64,000 bases of DNA, taken from Octopus sinensis (lineage: Eukaryota). Shown in pieces: positions 37,169 through 51,712 of this stretch (position 1 is its first letter; every line of letters starts with the position of its first letter). The DNA lies in assembly GCF_006345805.1 (NCBI RefSeq), contig NC_043002.1, positions 6,014,001 through 6,078,000 of the forward strand, given 5' to 3'. The notes under the pieces are model-generated. The model made no database searches and was not told the origin of the DNA. It saw only the letters and a program-made list of their open reading frames with translations. The position numbers were made by a program, and so were the translations under genes.

Positions 37169-37681
37169 TTATCTATCTATCTATCTGTTTGTCTATCTAT
37201 CTATATGTAAAGAGGGAGACGTGCATATATACATAAGTGTATACATAAAGATATACATAAATTTATATTTATATACACACACACTTGTATAATTCAATGA
37301 TTATACATACTTTCTGCTTATACATATTTATTACTTCAGTAACTATTTATCTAACTAGTACGTCATCTATATATCAGAGTATCCATCCATCCATCTGTCT
37401 ACCTGCCTGTCTGTCTGTTTGCTTGTCTGTCTAACCATTTACATACTCATGGATGCACATAAATATATGCATGTGTGCATGTATATATAAATGTGTGTGT
37501 ATATGTGTATATATATCTCTCTCTCTCTCTATCTATACAAGCGTTATATAGATATACTCTTTTCTCTTTCACTTCTGATTATCTCTCAAATTCTGTCCGA
37601 CTGCCTCTCTTTGTTTGTGTATGTATGTGCATATATATAAGTACGTGATCATATGCACGCATATACAAGCACACAAACATA

Positions 37682-37748
<67 letters not shown>

Positions 37749-38344
37749 TGTGATTTGTATAGTGATGTCCACATATGCGCTTCTATGTGCTTCAAGATGC
37801 ATATACACACATCAGACTGCTAAAGGATGATGGTATTTACAAATAAACACAAATACACACAAAGAACCTATAGAGGCAAATTCGCACAGATGCAAAAATA
37901 CACACGCACGCACCACGCATACATATACATACTTACACACACACACTTACGCACACGCATACACTCATATACACAAACTCACAGCCACATAGGAACACGG
38001 CGGTATATATATACACATTTCCTAACATAAAAACACGCACATCCATTGATTTACAGAGAAAGATGCCACACTGCCTTACTACTTTAAAGCCTCCTTTTAA
38101 ATGTGCTTTCAAAACACTCCAATGATGGCTGGCTTAATTATTCATATACATTTACACTACATATAGATGTGAGAATGTGTGTATACATCCGTCTAAATTA
38201 ATTCGTGTATAATATACACCATCTGTTAATGTGTTCTCACGTATTTGCATACATACACGTAGATGTGTCTACATACATGCGTACAAACATACATGCACAA
38301 ACACACACACATATATATATATATATGACTATACATATATGTAT

Positions 38345-38421
<77 letters not shown>

Positions 38422-39259
38422 ATGCAAGTATATATATACACACATATATGTGTATGTAAGTCATGTGTCTGCCTGCGTGTGCGGATAAAGTGCCACATGT
38501 TTTTCTTAAATGCATTATGCATACGTAAACACACAATGACAAACACATACATGCATGTATGTATGCACACACACAAACACACACCCACACACACACTCAC
38601 ACACATATACATACATACATACATAATACATACATACATACATAGGAGCATTTATACATATACACATACACTCTCATACACGCCCATACATATATAATTG
38701 AAATGAACTTTCTAAATTCATAAGATGCTAGCGCGCGAGTAGAGAACATAGTAGATAGTCGTTGATTTGTAATAGCCCTCTCGTTCCCTCTCTCCACCAA
38801 TTTCTCACGCGTTCCTACTTGTCCTCGTCCCACCCGCCTCAATAAAATAAAATATAACAAAATAAAATAAAATATTAATCCGTCGAGTTAAGTGGCTAGA
38901 CATTCACGTGCCATAATCGTTAGGTGAAAAGTGTTTTCGTGTTTGGCATTGATTCACCAAAGAATGCAAACTAGAAAGCAATCATATACAGCAGCAGTTT
39001 CTTTGAAGGCAGACCTTTTGTCCGGTAGCTTTAAGAGCAATAGGCGAAAATAACATGTTTACAGCGGTACTGAGATGAGGAATAGATGACATGAGGTATG
39101 TATGTATCTGGCGGGGAGAGTTTTATGGTTTACGTGTACGTATATGCATATATATGTGGGTAATACTTAAATTGGTGCGCTTTTTCGGTCTTCATATTCG
39201 GGGATGTGGCGTTTTCAAAGTCATTATACATGCATACATACATATATACACATACGTAA

Positions 39260-39290
<31 letters not shown>

Positions 39291-39339
39291 GCCTTCATCC
39301 TTCCATATATATGTGTGTGTATATATCTATATATGCATG

Positions 39340-39454
<115 letters not shown>

Positions 39455-40249
39455 ATGTATATATATGTACGTTTATGAATGTGTGTGTGACCGTGTGCGT
39501 GGCCGTGTGCATGTGCGAATGTATACTTTGTGTATGTACCAAAGTGAGTTTCAGTGCATGTGTGTGTGATAGAGAGGGGGGGGAGAAGAAAGAAGAAAGA
39601 AAGAAAGAAAGAAAGAAAGAGGGAGATAGAGAGAGGACAAGAGAGTAAGGAAAGACATACTAAGACGAGAACATTGATAGCAAACTGGGAGAAATCATGT
39701 GAAGGATTTTTACATGAAGACCTATTGATAATAAGAACAAGAGGAATAAAATGAGTAACGGAGAAGTGGCTCAATAAACAGACGTAAGAACGAGCGAGAT
39801 GTATAAAGATAGATAGATAGATAGATAGAGAGGGGGGAAGAGAGAGAGAGAGAGGAAACTAGAAGAGAGGAAGGTACTGAAAGAAAGGCAGTGTAGGAGA
39901 ATAGAGTGAACATCCATTTTAAGACGGTGAATGTGTGAGGGATGTAACACGCATACAAGTACACACACAACGCGCACATACATGGTATATATGAAAAAGA
40001 TAAGGAGAAGGAAAGAGAGGGAGAGAGAGAGAGAGAGAGAGAGAAAGAAAAAGAAAGAGAAAGTGAGAAAGAGAGAGAGAGAGAGAAAATGGGGAAAAAA
40101 GTGATAGGTTCGTGAGCGGTAATAAATAAGGAAGATTTTAAGGCATAATAAAGAAAGAGTACGGTGAGGGTAAAGGAGATAAGAGGCAAAAACTATGAAA
40201 TGGATTTAAGTAGGAATGATATGGCTTGAAAATTAGATAAGCCATCAGA

Positions 40250-40659
40250 CAGGCAGATAGATCGACAGATCAATAGACAGACGGGCAGAGAGATTGACAG
40301 ACAGACAGACGGATAGATTGACAGACAGATAGATAAATAGATAGGTAGACAGACAGATAGATAGATAGATAAATAGATAAATAGATATATAGATAGATAG
40401 ACAGATAGATAGACAAATAGATATATAGATAAATAGATAGATAAGTTTCTTTATTGGCCACACAGGGCTGCACACAGATGGGACAAGTTACAAGGTAGAG
40501 CTTTTCTTTTGGGGGATGAAGAGAACAAAAAACAAAAGAAAAAAAAGGAGTTGGCGTAGGTTTTCGATCAAGAGGGATCGTAAAAGGGAAGAAAAGAACA
40601 AAAACAAAAAAAATTGAATAAAATAAAAAGAATAGACAGATAGATACATGGCTAGATAA

Positions 40660-40745
<86 letters not shown>

Positions 40746-40830
40746 GGATAGACAGATAGATAAATAGATGGATTAGACAGATAGGTAGATGGATAGATAG
40801 ACACAGTCGAAAAGACAGATAGGCAGATAG
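40250..40830. repeat. (GATA)n/(GACA)n array
   Basis: Directly visible. Confidence 0.9.
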
Positions 40831-40883
40831 GCAAACAGATGGACCTGTAGGCCATTAGGTGACTGATTACTAAGCATGTAGAA

Positions 40884-41223
40884 CAGGGATTCTCAGCCGA
40901 GGTCCGTGTGGTCCCTGAGGGTCCACATGAGATTTTTGGGATCCACGCAACAAAATAGTAAATTGGGGATCCACAATACTATTTAAGGGCCCCTAAGAAA
41001 TCTCGCTTTAGATGTATGTATTGCAAGAAAAAAGCTCAGTTTCTTTCTCTAACATTTTACTTAGCTCAAACTGCACAAGTTCATGTGTGATAAACGAAAT
41101 GGGAATTTTGAAAGAAGATTTTGTGCAACTAGTTTTTTAAACAATGAATGACTTTGCTGATCCACTTGAATAAAATCATAATCAAAGGGTTCCATGCATA
41201 AAAAAATTTTTGGGGAACCTCTG
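40884..41223. mobile_element. hAT (Charlie-like) MITE
   Basis: Ends CAGGGATTCTC / GGGAACCTCTG; flanks ATGTAGAA / ATGTAGCG resemble an 8-bp TSD with central TA. Confidence 0.6.
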
Positions 41224-41501
41224 ATGTAGCGCTATGGCTAAGTAAAGTGATAAATACCACAGATTGATAGATCGTAGGCTGGTTGGTAGGAAGCTAAATT
41301 AACAAGAATATATATTAACTTGTAAATAGTCAAAGAATCGTAACAGAGGTAAGTGTAAAACAGGATAGATGGGTAGTAAATGATAAATAAATAGATAGAT
41401 AAGTAGTTATGATATAAAATAGGTACAAAGGTAGATAGGTAGTTATAAATAAGTTGATAATATATATATATATATATATATAGATAGAGAGAGAGAGAGA
41501 G

Positions 41502-41567
<66 letters not shown>

Positions 41568-43323
41568 TTATAATATTCAGACAAACTGAAAAAAAAAATA
41601 CGATCTCAGGCATAACTATATATATTTTGAATAAGTTTTTATGCTTTTTTTTCAAAAAAATTTCCTTGCATAACAAAGCACTGAGCATTAACTCATTCAG
41701 CATTTTCGAAGAATCCTGCTTTGGAATGAATTCCTTGATGTATTCTGGAAAATGATACACAAATAATTCCTTAGATGGATAGATTTATTGATAGATAAAT
41801 TGATTCATAGGTAACTAGATAGATAGATAAATTAATTGATAAATAGATAGATAGGCAGATAGATATATATATATAGCTAGATACGCAATCGAAATTATAC
41901 TTAAAATAAGTCACTATATATGAACTCGGAGGTGAACACTCATACGCACACACACACATAAACACACATACACTCGAACTCTCATATATTGAAGTATACA
42001 TCCCTCCACTGCACAGGTACACAAATTTTCGTATGTGAAGATGGACACTTTGTGATCATGATACTATTTAGGTATGCTTTTAATGCTATAGTTATCTGTG
42101 AATACAGAACACGAGTGCTTTGACAACAACTGACTCATATAAAAGTCTTTTTATCTAAGTGCATGCTCGGATGCAAGTTTCAGGCCTCTGCTTGGCATAT
42201 AAACTGATCGCCAGTTGCAATAATATAAAAAAAAAAAACATCGCTTACAAAAGATAGACTTATTTTATGTCTCTTTATTTCTATGTACGACACACTAATT
42301 GATGTTAAGATACTGAATTCGAATCAGCGAGGGAGCTTTTACACGGTCTCACAACTTGCTAGACATAGCACCCTAAACTCTCTTAAATTTACACTTTGCT
42401 GTTTAAAAAAGGAGGAATACATTAGATAGATCGGTCCTCGGTATAACTACACCATCTTTAACAAAACGAAACAAAACCAAAAACTCCCACCTAAAACAAA
42501 AACAACAACAATAGCAGCAGCAGCTGCAACAACAACAACAACAACAACAACAACAAGAACAAGATATTCCCAACTGGAACGACTTTGATCTTACTCTCTT
42601 TAAAACGAAGTGATACACTGGCTTGTGCTGAAACTGAAATCCCCAACTTCTTTATACCACGCTTTACCATTAAAATACGGGGGACTTATTTGATAATGTA
42701 ATCCCGGCGAGAAATAACACAATCCTTAAAAGAAGAAACTAAATGAGGTGGTCACGTCTGCAACAATTTTGATCAGGCTATCTCGTAAAGGAAGAAACAT
42801 GCTCGATAATATAGTTCTAGATTTGCCATATTCGGCAGGAGTACAGAATGGTCTTGATTGGAAGACCTTTGAGCATAGATCTAGTCAAAGTTAACTTGGA
42901 GCTAAATAGCAAACACAGAAGGGGCAAACAAGGACAGACACAAACAACGAAACTAACAAGAAATTCAACTGTCATACTCTCTCATTGGATCCCATAAGTT
43001 GATTCGAGATTCTATTTGTTTGCTCTTTATCAGTTTGGGCTAGATAATATTCACCTGTATGTCGTATCCTTGTACTTATTTGGATTACTCCAATAACACT
43101 GAATACCTCTAAATTCAAATGCGCGCACGCGTATACACACACACATTCTTTTGAGGTTGTATATTGAAATCTGATGATGACGTCCGTTTTCTTAACGGAG
43201 TGATCTTTGTTAGCTTTGTAGTCATATTTTTGTACGTCGTGTGGCAGGAGAATATATATTTCATGATAGTGGTGGTAATAATAGTGACAACCAGAGATGT
43301 ATTACTCCTGGATTTTATATATT

Positions 43324-43916
43324 GAGCTGGCAGAAACTTTAGCACGCCAGGCGAAATGCTAAGCGGTATTTCGTCTGCCGTTACGTTCTGAGTTCAAATT
43401 CCGCCGAGGTCGACTTTGCCTTTCATCCTTTCGGGGTCGATTAAATAAGTATCAGTTAATCACTGGGGTTGATGTAATCGACTTAATCTGTCTGTCTGTC
43501 CTTGTTTGTCCCCTCTGTGTTTAGCTCCTTGTGGGTAATAAAGAAATAGGTATTTCGTCTGCCGTTACGTTCTGAGTTCAAATTCCGCCGAGGTCGACTT
43601 TGCCTTTCATCCTTTCGGGGTCGATTAAATAAGTATCAGTTAATCACTGGGGTTGATGTAATCGACTTAATCTGTCTGTCTGTCCTTGTTTGTCCCCTCT
43701 GTGTTTAGCTCCTTGTGGGTAATAAAGAAATAGGTATTTCGTCTGCTGTTACGTTCTGAGTTCAAATTCCGCCGAGGTCGACTTTGCCTTTCATCCTTTC
43801 GGGGTCGATTAAATAAGTATCAGTTAATCACTGGGGTTGATGTAATCGACTTAATCCCCTTGTCTGTCCTTGTTTGTCCCCTTTGTGTTTAGCTCCTTGT
43901 GGGTAATAAAGAAATA
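43324..43916 (+). mobile_element. SINE S2 with 184-bp body in triple tandem
   Basis: One head, then units at 43365, 43549 and 43733, each starting GGTATTTCGTCTG and ending AAAGAAATA. Confidence 0.92.
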
Positions 43917-43949
43917 TATATATATATTGTCTTTTGGTTATTCTTTCCA

Positions 43950-44290
43950 TCTCCAGCATAGGATCCCTAGATGGTCCATTCAAAAGAAACATGCATATTC
44001 TCGCATCTGATCTTTCATAGGCTCAAATGCCTCATTTTTTGATCTTCGTTGTGCATCTTTATCCCTTCGGCTGAGCGTCGCTTATGGTGTTACTGGCCAT
44101 AAAACATCTGCGGGAGGCCAACACATAAGCACCCTTATAACACGTTCTAGCCACAGCAAATGGCAGTGAGTGAGCATGGCTTTAATACTTTAACAGATTC
44201 AATGTGGAATAAACAATTAGGCCAGGTAACTCTCCGGTTACGCTGGAGGGAGATCATATGGAAGGACACTAAGGGATTAATGTAAAAACT
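43950..44290 (+). mobile_element. Decayed RTE-like coding end
   Basis: WSIQKKH...KCL-like piece and LRLRWREIIWKDTKGL. Confidence 0.5.
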
Positions 44291-44641
44291 GTAAGCTTTG
44301 CGTCCCCAAAGTCCATCCCCTCCTCACCGTGGTGGGGACGCTGGCAACGGGTAGTGTCAGATCTTTGCCACCCAAGGCGGATTGGTCTGACACCGAGTGG
44401 TATTAGGGCCACAACCCGGCAGATGGGGCTCTGGTGAAAATCCTCGGCGTGTCTGTTTCGGCAACCGACGGCTCCTCGATCGTTCTGTCCCTGCGTCTGC
44501 GGCAAACAGGGTGTCTCTACATGCGGCATTGTTGGGGACCGCTTGTGAAATCCACATATTCCCACGAAACTTCTTCCATGAGTAGAAGAAGCCAACTCAA
44601 CCCGCCCAGGGTGAATGTCGCCACAAGTACAAGTACAAGTA
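44290..44641 (+). mobile_element. GC-rich retroelement 3' UTR-like segment with (CAAGTA)3 tail
   Basis: Tandem tail at 44624-44641; several internal stems. Confidence 0.55.
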
Positions 44642-45296
44642 CCCAGTTTTCCCGAATATAAATAATTTAATGATACTAACTTCTTGATATATGATGTCTT
44701 TTGTGGGAGAATAACAGTTCTTGTACTGACTGGCTCTGCGTCTAAGTATTTCTAAGGTAATCAATGCCTGTTTAATGTTGTTATAAACATCAGTGAGAGA
44801 ATATTAGTCAGAAAAAGAATACTACTCAGATATTCAAAGGATTGCATTATGTATTGATGTGGGTTTTTTCGCCAGCAGATGGCATATTAGCACCTTATTG
44901 TTGGATCACATTTATCCTAGTGGTATTAACTGTCTGCCCCTACCCAAAGTAGAAATATATTAATCAAAATAAAAACATTTTATTAATTAAAAACTTTTTA
45001 ATCACTTTCTGAAACATAGTGAAGAAATTCTTTACCGTCCAGTTTTCCTCAGATAATCATTACCTTGTTTTATATTCGATTACGAAATGTTCATTTTGTA
45101 TTGTGTAAATAGGAAATATAATGGCCATACTAGTGTTACATTACTTTGGTGATTGCTTATGCATTTGCAGCTTTCACACAATAGCTATTAAATTCTCATC
45201 TGCACTACTCTTCAATTTTCCTACTCTTCCCGTACTCGGATTTCATTGACAATATCATCAACATTCAAATATTTCGACACTGCTTAGATTTCATCT

Positions 45297-45682
45297 GGAG
45301 GCGCAATGGCCCAGTGGTTAGGGCAGCGGACTCGCGGTCATAGGATCGCGGTTTCGATTCCCAGACCGGGCGTTGTGAGTGTTTATTGAGCGAAAACACC
45401 TAAAGCTCCACGAGGCTCCGGCAGGGGATGGTGGTGATCCCTGCTGTACTCTTTCACCACAACTTTCTCTCACTCTTACTTCCTGTTTCTGTTGTACCTG
45501 TATTTCAAAGGGCCGGCCTTTTCACTCTCTGTGTCACGCTGAATATCCCCGAGAACTACGTTAAGGGTACACGTGTCTGTGGAGTGCTCAGCCACTTACA
45601 CGTTAATTTCACGAGCAGGCTGTTCCGTTGATTCGGATCAACCGGAACCCTCATCGCCGTAACCGACGGAGTGCTTCCATCC
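45297..45682 (+). mobile_element. tRNA-derived SINE S3, full length with 11-bp TSD
   Basis: A box TGGCCCAGTGG, B box GGTTTCGATTCC; AGATTTCATCT at 45286-45296 and 45683-45693. Confidence 0.9.
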
Positions 45683-46098
45683 AGATTTCATCTTCTCGGT
45701 CAAGACAGAATTACCCGCCCAACATAAAGGGAGGCGCGAAAGCATTTTAACAGCACGTGACTACCTAACTTCATTTCACCTTCAAGCGCCTCTCCACATA
45801 TGAACAAAGCGTATGACTAATATAAGCGACAAAGACTAACAAAGCAATATATACTAATTTAATGCTCTACAACCATTGACATCCATTCATTGCAATCACA
45901 CAGTCACCTAGCAGCCAAAACTGAAACACAAAAATACAGATCTATTTTCACGGTCAGAAAATATTCGACTCAAAAGTTGGCGAACTACGCTACTATTTCA
46001 CCAAGAAGGATGCAGTCATTTACTTCCACTCATTCATTTGGATAACACTTAAAAATGAAGATATTTAATCAACAATATTTTAATCTTCATATTTCACC

Positions 46099-46428
46099 TG
46101 GTTCCGGGTTCAGTCCCACTGCGTGGCACCTTGGGTAAGTGTCTTCGACTATAGCCTCGGGCCAACCAAAGCCTTGTGAGTGGATTTGGTAGACGGAAAC
46201 TGAAAGAAGCCCGTCGTATATATGTATATGTATATATATGTGTGTTTGTGTGTCTGTGTTTGTCCCCCTAGAATTGCTTGACAACCGATGCTGGTGTGTT
46301 TACGTCCCCGTAACTTAGCAGTTCGGCAAAAGAGACCGATAGAATAAGTACTAGGCTTACAAAGAATAAGTCCTGGGGTCGATTTGCTCCAGCATGGCCA
46401 CAGTCAAATGACTGAAACAAGTAAGAGT
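46099..46428 (+). mobile_element. SINE S1, 5'-truncated
   Basis: Matches S1 from the B box to the tail. Confidence 0.88.
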
Positions 46429-46559
46429 ATATCTTACCTATCTACAGCAATCGCTTTTCGTAAGAATTTACTGACAGTAAATCGCCTGCAAATAAAGCCA
46501 AACATATGACATGCTTCTGCTCTTTGTTTTATGCCATAAACAGAAAATAGTTTGCTCAA

Positions 46560-46910
46560 TATGTGGCAGAATCGTTAGTACGCCGGGCAAAATGCTTAGC
46601 CGAGGTCGACTTTGCCTTTCATCCTTTCGGGGTCGATTAAATAAGTACCAGTTACGCACTGGGATCGATATAATCGACGTAATCCGTTTGTCTGTCCATG
46701 TTTGTCCTCTCTGTGTTTAGCCCCTTGTGGGTAGTAAAGAAATAGGTTTTTCGTCTGCCGTTACGTTCTGAGTTCAAACTCGCCCGAGGTCGACTTTGCC
46801 TTTCATCCTTTCGGCGTCGATAAAATAAGTAACAGTTGAACACTGGAGTCGATGTAATCGACTTAATGCTTCCCATGAAATCACTGGCCTTGTGCCAAAA
46901 TTTGAAACCG
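46560..46910 (+). mobile_element. SINE S2 head-to-tail dimer
   Basis: First copy has an internal deletion and ends AAAGAAATA at 46744, followed directly by GGTTTTTCGTCTGCCGTTACG of a second body. Confidence 0.8.
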
Positions 46911-47754
46911 TTATTATGAAAAGGAACAATGCCATGAGAAAGTTGGACTAATGAATTACAGAGTTCAAATCTTGTTCAAAGTTGTCCAGATGTTATTCGC
47001 AGCGATACTGATAGAATAATCGTGATTACTAATGCATTGGTACCAATCTCATTAATAAAGGGTATCGTCCAAAACAAAAAGTCATTCACAGTCGTGTTCA
47101 AACATATACTAAATTAGAGTGCTGCGTATTTCACTCAGAGAAAATTCAAACCAACTTCAGGCTGGAACTTCAAATTTCACTCCACTTTAAGTTGGTAAAA
47201 TAACTAAAAATGGTATACTGTTGTCGACTGCACTTGCCTCATATGCAATGTATTTATTTTATATCGTAGCAAAACAAAATCCAAAATATACTATTCTTAG
47301 CACTACTAGGCACTAAATATATTATGTAGGATACTTTCAATATAATAGAAACAACAAAACCAAAACAAAAGTTTTCATGTTCCCACGGTGTTGTGTTCGA
47401 TGTTGCAGTGAAAGCAAATTACGAAAATAAAACTCTTGCGTAGCAACAACAATAACAATAGAAACAGTTCCGATCGATTTAGTATTACTGACATATTTAG
47501 CAGGTAATAGAAAAGTTACAGAGTAGAAGTAGAATTCGGTGGTTAAATATGTCGAATAAAATTACATTGTACCATTCCCAGATTAAGAATTATTGTTAGT
47601 AATATTAGTATCTTACGCAGTATTCGATAGCAATAATGAAACAATTCCATAGTACGGAGAAAAGAAATAATGGTTTCCGTTGTATGAGCATCGATGTTCT
47701 ACTGCAAAACTTACACCGTTCTGTGTGGATTTATGTGATCGGGTAGGTGAGTGT

Positions 47755-48050
47755 TCATACATACATACATACATACATACATACATACATAGATACATAC
47801 ATACATACATACATACATACACACATACATACATACATACGCACACACATACATACATACATACATACATACACACACACACATACATACATACATACAT
47901 GCATACATACACACACATTTATATATATGTAAATGTGTGTGTATATATATACGTACATACATACATATATATATATATATATGTATGAATGTATGTATGT
48001 GTATATACATATATATATATATAGATACGTACACACACACACACACACAC

Positions 48051-48103
<53 letters not shown>

Positions 48104-48496
48104 CATATGTATATTTATATATGCATACACCATGCACAAACACACATATTTACAAAGTATAGATAAAAATGCATGTGTCCTGCTTTTTATTTTACGAAAT
48201 CTGTTGTTTACATATATGTATATAAAATATGTGTATATATGCATGTAGATATGAAAATGAATATATACATATATACATACATACATTTGTATATTTATAC
48301 ATATATATACATATATATATATATATAATATATATATATGTATATATGCACATACACATATAAGTACGCATTTCTACATATATTTATATCTGTATATATA
48401 CATATATATATATATATATACATACATACATACATTTGTATATTTATACATATATATACATATATATATATATACATACATACATACATACATACA

Positions 48497-48528
<32 letters not shown>

Positions 48529-48530
48529 CA
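47755..48530. repeat. Compound (TACA)n/(TA)n/(CA)n array
   Basis: Directly visible. Confidence 0.95.
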
Positions 48531-49252
48531 GAGACACTTGCACATATAAAGCCACCCTGCCTTATATATTGTGTGTGTTTGTAAATGCATGTGTATTAGA
48601 ATATGCTATCTGGCAACATATATGCGCACAATACTTGTTTTTATTTATTTATTTTTTGACTGCTTGTTTACATTATTGAAGAGGATGCAAATGACACAGA
48701 ATTTAAGGGTCACTAAATGCTTATGTGCAGCAGCTAACTCAAGACTCTCAAGACTCTCCCTCAATTTAGAAACAAAAATTCTCTTCGATTCTCTTTATTA
48801 TTTCATTTTGCCTCATTTTCAGCTTCCGTTCTTTTAACTCCTCTCCTTTCTCTTATCCTTATTTTCTTTATTTCTCTTCCTCCGTCTTCTCCTTCCCGCC
48901 CCCGCCCCCACCCCACTCTCTTTATTTCTTCCTCGCGATGTTTCTTCCCTACCTTACCTTCCGGTTCCCAACTTGCGACTTTATTATACCCACCTACCTA
49001 CCTACCTACCCACCTACCTACCTTCCTACCCACTCATCTTCTCATTACCAGTGTATCTCACCCTACCCTGAATATTTCCTACGTATCGCAAGTCGGAGAA
49101 AATGGCGTAGACCACGTGACCCATTCAGGTTTATACGATATAACTTGAAAGAACGGTACGAACTGCAATCGTCCTTTCCCTCCTTTTCTTCTTTCTTCTG
49201 TTTAATTGTGCTTCTTATTCATATTTCTATCTATCTATCTATCTATCTATCA

Positions 49253-49350
<98 letters not shown>

Positions 49351-50266
49351 TTATCTATCTATCTATTTGTCTGCCTGTCTACACTTCTATTCTCTTCTCG
49401 TTGTTTATGATTGTTTGTGTGTTTTTTCTTCTTATAGTATATTTGTGTTTATTGTGTAGGCTTTACCTTAACAAGCTCGCTAGCCAGAGCGTGGCAAATG
49501 TTTGCATTCTCACACTCTTAATTACCGATTAATGACAAGAGTGCCAACCAGCATGAGATAAAAATGTTTAGATAAAAAACAACGAAAACAAAACAAAAAG
49601 GAAAACGAGAAGAATATATTGGCTTTGTTTCATATTTACACATCGAAACAAAGAAATTCCTTAAAGCAAAGTATAATAAATATTAAAGTCGAGTACTTTT
49701 GAAAAAAGAAAGAAAGAAAAGAAAGAATGAAAGAATGAAATAAAAGAAAACATTGAAAGATGTTGTTGTTTTTTAAAATGTTTTTCGAGTTTAGTTCCGA
49801 GAAGAAATCAGGAAATCGGATATAATGAAAATGAGTTGGAAATAAAACGGGAAAATATCAAAAAGAAAGGCGATGGAAAATAATGGGAGAAAAATATCGG
49901 AGGGAGGAAAAACAAATGAGAAGAGGAGGCAGTGGTTGTGTGGGAGGTGTGGTAGGAAGGAAAAGAGAGGGAGAAGGAAGAGGAAATACTGTTGGGGGGG
50001 GGGAGTGAAGAGGGGGAGAGCGCGAGAAAAAAGAGGGAGGGAGAGCGAGAGAGAGTGAGGGGGCATGACATGAGAAACTGTGAATGATTGAGAAGGAAAC
50101 GATAAGATTGAGAAGGAAGAGATAAGATCGAAACATTGAAAACATTCTCAGAGAAAAATATACATACATTTATAACTGTGTGTATATGTGCATGTGTGTA
50201 CGTGTGTGTGTATTTATCTCTCTTTATATGTGTATATACAATACATATGTTGTGTGTATCTGCGTG

Positions 50267-50317
<51 letters not shown>

Positions 50318-51434
50318 CATACGTGTATATCTATGTACATGCACACATATATGATTATATATATGTATATACACACATACATACACATATAGCTGCTTAT
50401 ATATGGGTTACGTTCACTCTCTATCTCATATGTGTATGTGTGTGCATATATTTATCCATCTGTATCTCTGTCTGTCTGTCTGTCCATTATATCTCTCTCT
50501 CTCTCTTTATATATATATACATATATATATAGACACATACACGCACACACGCATACATGTATATGTATGCAAATTTGTGCACACATATACACACATATAC
50601 ACACATACATACAAACACAGAGGCATTCATACATGTGAGAGAGATAATGAGAGAGGCCTCGTGATAGAAAAATAACTAGCTAGATAGATAGATAGACAGA
50701 TAAATAGATACATACATAGCGAAAAAAAGCGGAGAGAGAGAGAAAGAGGAAGAGGAAGAGAGAGACAGAGAGACATAGAGAGTAGAACACAAAATAGAAT
50801 GAGAAAGCTAAATGGAAAGAAAAGAAGAGCAAATGAGTGAAAGAGAGAAACGAGAAGAAAGCCAGAAAAGGGAGAAACATCTTTATGGTGTGTCAAAGGG
50901 CAAAGAATGAGAGAACTGGGGGACGAGGGAAAATAAGAACGACATCAACAACAGCAACAAAAAGAGGTAATCATCGTAGAAAGAAATTCAGAAGGAAAAG
51001 GTGAATAATGAGGCTGGGAAAAGTTAAGAGAAGAAAGAGAACGAAAAAGGGGGGTGGGGTGGAGAGGTGTTGGCGATAGGAAAGAAATAAGAGAGGTGTG
51101 GTGGATGAAAAGGAAAATAGTAGATGTTCACAAATGTGTAACCGATTCAGGAACTAAAATTTGTGCATAATTAGGGAAAATATTGTCATAAAAATATTGT
51201 TGAACTTCCGGAGTGGAAACCATCATGACGTTGGAAGCAGTTTAGCAAAGTTCTGGAAGTTTCTTCTCAGAATCCCATCTTTCAGTCGAGTCTATTACCC
51301 GGGAAGAAAAAGTATATAATATCATAAAATCATCAAATTTTGGCGTTCTTTTGGAAGGAGAGAGGTTATAAATACAAATTTAAAAACAACAAAATAAAAA
51401 CAACATATAAAAATTGAAATAATGTTTAGACACA

Positions 51435-51477
<43 letters not shown>

Positions 51478-51712
51478 CATGAATATATGTATGAGAGTTT
51501 GCGTGCGCGCACACACACGCACACACACTCACACACACACACACATACACAAACACGTGTAGTTTTATGTGGATATTATTAACGTGTATGCAGGTTTCGC
51601 TCTCCGTTTCTCACTCGGTCACTACTTTCTTTCGATCCTCCTTTCTCTCTCAACTCCACAACATGTGCACAAGCACCACCATCACCACCGCCACCGCCAC
51701 CACCACACACAT

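Noticed and set aside
43171-43200. CTGATGA hammerhead core
   Set aside because: No GAAA or stem III downstream.
43365-43916. Regular direct repeats resembling a CRISPR array
   Set aside because: 184-bp units with no unique spacers; SINE bodies in eukaryotic DNA.
44290-44641. HDV-like ribozyme (TCCTCG loop-like motifs)
   Set aside because: Could not form P3 plus a 7-bp P1 on either strand by eye.
45297-45372. tRNA gene
   Set aside because: A and B boxes are present, but there is no acceptor stem and it continues into a SINE body with a TSD.
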